DNA of 64,000 nucleotides from the NCBI RefSeq assembly GCF_009914755.1, contig NC_060932.1, one strand, 5' to 3'. Under the pieces are notes generated by a model. The model searched no databases, had not been told where the DNA came from, and was given only the letters and a program-made list of their open reading frames with translations. The position numbers and the translations under genes were made by a program. Origin of the DNA: the human T2T-CHM13v2.0 reference genome, Homo sapiens. This document shows, piece by piece, positions 57,980-64,000 of this stretch; the first letter of the stretch is position 1; each line of letters begins with the position of its first letter.

Positions 57980-58290
57980 GGCCGGGCGTGGTGGCTCATG
58001 CCTGTAATCCCAACACTTTGGGAGGCTGAGATAGATGGATCACTTGAGGTCGGGAGTTCAAGACCAGCCTGGCCAACGTCATGAAACCCTGTCTCTACTA
58101 AAAATACAAAATTAGCCAGGCATGGTGGCACATGCCTGTAATCCCAGCTACTCGGGATGCTGAGACAGGAGAATTGCTTGAACCCAGGAGGCGGGAGGCT
58201 GCAGTGAGCCAAAATCACACCACTGCACTCCAGCCTGGACAACACAACAAGACTCAGACTCAAAAAAAAAAAAAAAGAAAGAAAAAAGAA
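57980..58290 (+). mobile_element. Alu
   Basis: Full Alu with A tail. Confidence 0.9.
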
Positions 58291-59252
58291 ATGAACCAGG
58301 TTCCTCTCATCTTACACTTGAAGACACTGATGTTGAGCACAAGTGACTTGTTCAGATGGCAAAGGTAGTTGGTGCAAGAATCTGAACAGGCCTCTCGAAG
58401 TGGGTCCCTACCAGGGGACCAGCTGACCTGCAGTGCTCCCAGGCCTGACCCGGCTGGCAGAAGGGGACGAGTCAGACCCAGTGCTTTGCAAATTCAGGTT
58501 GCCCTCCTCCTACAGAGCACACGTGGCTCCTCAGTTCCTAATCTCTGCTGTTCCAGTCCTCTGTTCCCTACTATTCGCTCATTTGCTTATTATGTGCAAA
58601 GCACATCCCAGGTGCCGTGGGGTCACAGCAGGTATAAAACACCAGGGTTTCCAGGGACCTCAGCATCAATGCTGACTACCCCACCCCCAGTGCCTATGGG
58701 GCTAATTCCACTCAGGTGTGCCCCTCCCATCCCACCCACCTGAAGAAGACACCTGTGGCACAGCCCTTAGCTCAAGCTATCTTTGAACAGCTGCATAAGC
58801 CTTCTTTCCTTTTCACCCTTGTCCAGAAGCCCCCCAGGCTCTCTTTCTGTGGGTACCACACTATCTCCACACCTCCCAAATCCTAGCCTCTTTCCAAATC
58901 ATTCCAGCAAGGTATGTTCGCAAACATCTCCATAGTAACAAAACCAAAATGGCAAAAGAATTGTAAAGAATAATAATAGATTGGCAAATATTGAGTAAAG
59001 GGGCAAAATGCTGGTTTTCATGAGCATTTTATGCAGAAACTCAAGGTTAGAATCTACTGGCATAGTATCTCCACCATGAATTTTCCAGAAAGCAAATAAA
59101 ATAATATAAGGAAAAGGTTGGAGTCACAGCACGCAGACAGAAATTCCTAGTTAGGTATCTGGTAACTACATCCAATAACACTCTCGCTGAAAGCTTCACT
59201 GTAACAATAAAAAGGGAGACAAATGTAAAGAGTAGATTCTTTGCCACTATAA

Positions 59253-59605
<353 letters not shown>

Positions 59606-60539
59606 TAAACTGTTTTTTAAAACACTGTCACCTACATACCTTCGTCTTTGGAGCCTCAGGCTAAAATGGAGCACCTCTAACTCTCAGTTCAATTTCACTG
59701 GGCTGATAGGATCCAGAGGTGAAGTCGCAATGCCATGTAGAGACATGAGATGGCAGCATCAACCCAGAGAAAGAAACTGCACCACTTTTCTTGGCCAAAA
59801 AACAAAACAAAACAAAACAAAACTAATGGCCTCCCCACGTTCTAGAGCAGGAAGTTTGGGGTTTCTACCACTGAAAATGAAGAAAGGGTAGTATTTCCCA
59901 AATTCCTGGGCTCCCAGTCTTCAGACGGCGCCTGAAATGTTTGGCCAACAAACTCGGTCGATGTTTTTTGTAAGCCTTATTCTTTTTTTTAATTTAAAGA
60001 CTGCTTTCTACTGCCTATTTTGTTTGTGCCTGCAACCTTCCAGGCCTGCCGGATTCGCATGGAGCTGGTGAACCTGCCACTTCTGACTGGAGCCCTCCTG
60101 TCCCCTTTCTCCTTTAACTGGCCAGAATTCCACACCAAAATACATTTTCTCATTGGCTTTATTTATAGTACTCCCAAATCTTAATTTTTAAAAGCAGAAG
60201 AGAAAGAAGGAAGGGAAACTGTCTTTATTAAGTGCCTAAGAGGTACTAGCTTTCATAAATTGTATCTAATTTAATCCTCAAAAGGATCTGAGATGAACCA
60301 ATGGTCTTCTATTTCTGATGAGGTGACAACCTCAGAGAGGTCAGGATGCCAAAGCTGCACAACTAGGAACTGCAGCCTTGAGTATGAACTCACGTCTGTC
60401 TGGTGTCAGAGGTCACAATCCTGCCATGATTCTAGTAGGTGTGGGATCTCTCAAAATAAAACACTCAATTAAGTTGATTTTCATCAACTTGGTGTTTTTT
60501 TCCCTATGTTAGTGAACCTTGATGGGAAAAATAGCTCCT

Positions 60540-61000
<461 letters not shown>

Positions 61001-64000
61001 TCATTCCTTGAAAAAATCTCTTCTCCACTTGGATCTTGGCCTCTTACCTACAGGATAAAGGTCAACGCTTTAATCTGACCCTGTTAAGCAGCCCAAGCCA
61101 CTGTTAATCATTTAGCAGTTCAGGTTTGGGGAAGACCTTTATACACATATTGCCCTCTGGCAGGGCACGCAAAGGGATAATGGAATCAACCCAAAAAGTC
61201 AGGGAAAACTTTAGCCAAGTTTATACTGGGGATTAATAGCATGGAAGTGGGAGAAATACAAATCTAGACTAATCCAGGCTGGGCAGCATCACCAGGCATC
61301 ACTCGATGCCTCGCCTGTGTTAATCAGCACACTCATGACATTTACAGATGCAACTCGATAGACAGCACAAGTAACCAAGGGTCTTTGGGGACTCAGAGCG
61401 AATGACAGCATCAGCAAAGGTCTGCCAACAGGTGGGTCAAGGAGCAAGGTTAACTCTGGGCCGCCCGTGACTTTTCAGGACCTCCTGCTGCCTCATAATC
61501 ACTCCGGGGGTCCTGCCCACCTGGTGCACTTCCACCATTCCAGCGGTGGCCTCCTTCCAACCTCTCTCCTCCAGAATCTCCACTTCATTCACTCCTCTGG
61601 TAAGTTCTTTCTTGGGAGCTATCAATGGTCCCTATAAACCAGCCATCCCCTAGTTTGCCATATGGTTCTGGAGCAGCCAAGAGAAATCAAGAAACACCTA
61701 TTTCCGGGTAACAATAACAGTAGTTCAACACACAGCCAAATCCCACTTTATGATTTTACATTCTCCTCTTATGGAATTCCCTGACTGAAACAAACTCGTG
61801 CTGAAGGCTTCTCAGGAAAGTTTTAAGGGGATACCAAGCCCTCTTGTGTTCCTCACTCCCTACTGCCGTCACCAACAGGAGGGGTTGGCTACCCTAGATA
61901 ACATCTTTCAGTCCATGTCCAAAAGGAGTTAGTTCTTTTCTGGGCTCAGCAAACACATTCTGATGTGCTAATAGCCCTTAATGAGGACATCTGCCATCAG
62001 TTAAGGAACTGGAACAGGCAGAACAGTAAAACAAACTCTCTCTGTGGTTCGGGGTTGCAAACTGCTATTTGTCATGTAACTGTTGCTGGACAACCACATG
62101 TCTCAGCACACGTAGGCACGCCCCCACACTTGTGTGCGTGCACACACACACGCACGGTGGCTGTGCTCTCCTACCACCCAGGGACACTGCAGCGAGCTAT
62201 GATATCACCTAGCAGCACTTCCAGAACACAAGTCATAAGTCAAAGTGATTCACTGCACAACTCGTGGGGTTTATTTTAACTTAAGAAGGGTGAAGTTTGG
62301 AGTAAGACTCCTATTTGCAAAAGCGTGGGTGCTTGCTACTTCTCTAATGAATAATTTATAGGTCAACTGAGGGATATAAACCCTCCTGCCAAGAGCTTCA
62401 GTTCTCTGCTAAACTCAGCTCTCTGTATATTTTATTATCTCCACCGGGTATCACTGCAGGAACAACAGTTTAAGTTTTTAGGTGTTTGGTTAATATTTAA
62501 CCATATCATTCTTTATCTTTTATCAGAAAAGTGCCAATTTTTCCTTTAAATCTATAACATTTTTACTTAAGTTTTTCAGTGTGATGTTCTAAACTTGCAG
62601 GGCATAGTGGTACACGCCTATAGTTCCACTACTCAGGAGGCTGAGGCAGGAGGATCGTCTGAGCTCTAAATAAATAAATAATCAAAGGCCAAAATGTTTG
62701 CAGTGAATGTTTGCATCTCTTATTTCACAATGGAACTCCATGGAGAACAAGATTCCCAAAGAATTCATTTTCAGCAATTCTTAGCCAACATCTCTGCTGA
62801 CAAATGCCATGAGTACTTGCAAGCATATTTGTAAGTATATGCAAATATGTTTATGGTCCTCCTGGTTTGCAGGTCACCATTTGAACCTTGGCAGAAGCAA
62901 ACTGTCCCATCCCATACCCAACTGCTACCTGGTGGCTGGTTCTCAAGCCTTTTTTTTCCTGGTATGTCTTCCCCAAAGAAAGTTTAAAAAAAAAAAAAAA
63001 AAGACACTTCGCTAAGCATACATGGACCTTTTCTTTGAAGAAATAGGAGAAAACTCCTCCTGGCTTTCAATAGAAAGCCAGGGCCTTAGCAAGAGCATCA
63101 AAAGCCGTGACTTAAAACTTCTAGCTCTCTGGAATTACCAGGTCCTGTTACCCTATTTTTAAGAGGGGTGTGGTGTGTACTTAGGATTTTCACAGTACAA
63201 GCTTCAGACACATGGCACTGAGCATATTGGTGATTGATTCAAGTTCTCAATCAGCTGGTCAGAGTGTGACAATGTGGATTCTCAGGGCATTCTAATTATT
63301 GTCTTTTTCTGAAGGTTTTAAAAAACTGGACTACACTGCATCAGTGTAGAATAGTTTAGACTACCAGTAAAATTAAAATGATAGAATATCAAGACTGATA
63401 GGGACCAGAATAATTGTCCAACTCCCATTCAGGGCTGGTATTTTCTTGATGGCATACCCTATAACTGAGCATCCAGCCTTCCTATTACTCTAAGTAATAG
63501 ATGTAATACAGTAATGGAAAGGAGGAAGAAGGGACTCCCAACTAACACTACTATTTTCATATTCCAGCAGATGGGCCATAAAAATAGGTCATCTGATCTG
63601 CTTACAGCAAATTCTCTCCAGCAAATAATAAACGATCCTGATCAACAAATATTCCTGCTGGTCTGACTGCACAACAGTCATTCAATCAAGTAAAAGAGAC
63701 TGTTTCTGTTTGCGCTGCTGGCAGGAAAGCGTTTCCACAGCTCTACCCAGGAAAAAATACACTTCCCCTTCCTTCACACCTACCTCCCCATTTGCTCTCA
63801 GAAACGCAGTGCCTTTGTTCACGACTCTCTGGAGTTCACACTACCCTATTACACAAGACAGCTCTTAGGACACTCCTTGGCACATAGTGAGGGCTCAGGA
63901 ATCCACAACCCTCTCTACTGGCACCGATGGGACTGCAGCCTCCTTAGACTGATCTTAAACAGCTGATCTTCCAGCGGTAAGAAGAGGCCCAGATTCAAGA

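Noticed and set aside
62824-62850. CATATTTG...CAAATATG inverted repeat
   Set aside because: An 8-bp AT-rich stem is expected by chance and is too short for a miRNA or other ncRNA call.

Overview
This is human (primate) genomic DNA that I recognise as the PNOC / ZNF395 locus. It is eukaryotic, intron-rich and Alu-dense, with no prokaryotic operons or CRISPR arrays. The + strand carries the whole prepronociceptin gene PNOC: non-coding exon 1 ending at 13493, coding exons 25328-25453 and 35210-35614 (176 aa, containing nocistatin, nociceptin/orphanin FQ and NocII), and a 3'UTR exon from 39109 to about 39540. The - strand carries all nine coding exons of ZNF395 (57294 down to 44889; they splice GT-AG into 513 aa with a C2H2 finger and a C-clamp) and a 3'UTR of about 3.1 kb. 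ZNF395 exon 1 lies beyond the window. The two genes converge about 2.2 kb apart. Most short ORFs in the supplied track are Alu or antisense noise. The top observation is a cryptic donor (ATG|GTAATG at 35603/35604) just before the PNOC stop codon. Spliced to exon 4, it gives an intact 27-aa, two-cysteine C-terminal extension (201-aa precursor) that resembles the rodent N27K isoform and could release an extra peptide. Also notable are a candidate intronic first exon giving a signal-less PNOC, an RFX/NF-Y/ETS motif cluster in PNOC intron 3, a strong overlapping uORF in ZNF395 that an alternative acceptor could skip, and several local rearrangement scars. Repeat subfamily calls and boundaries were made by eye and are approximate.
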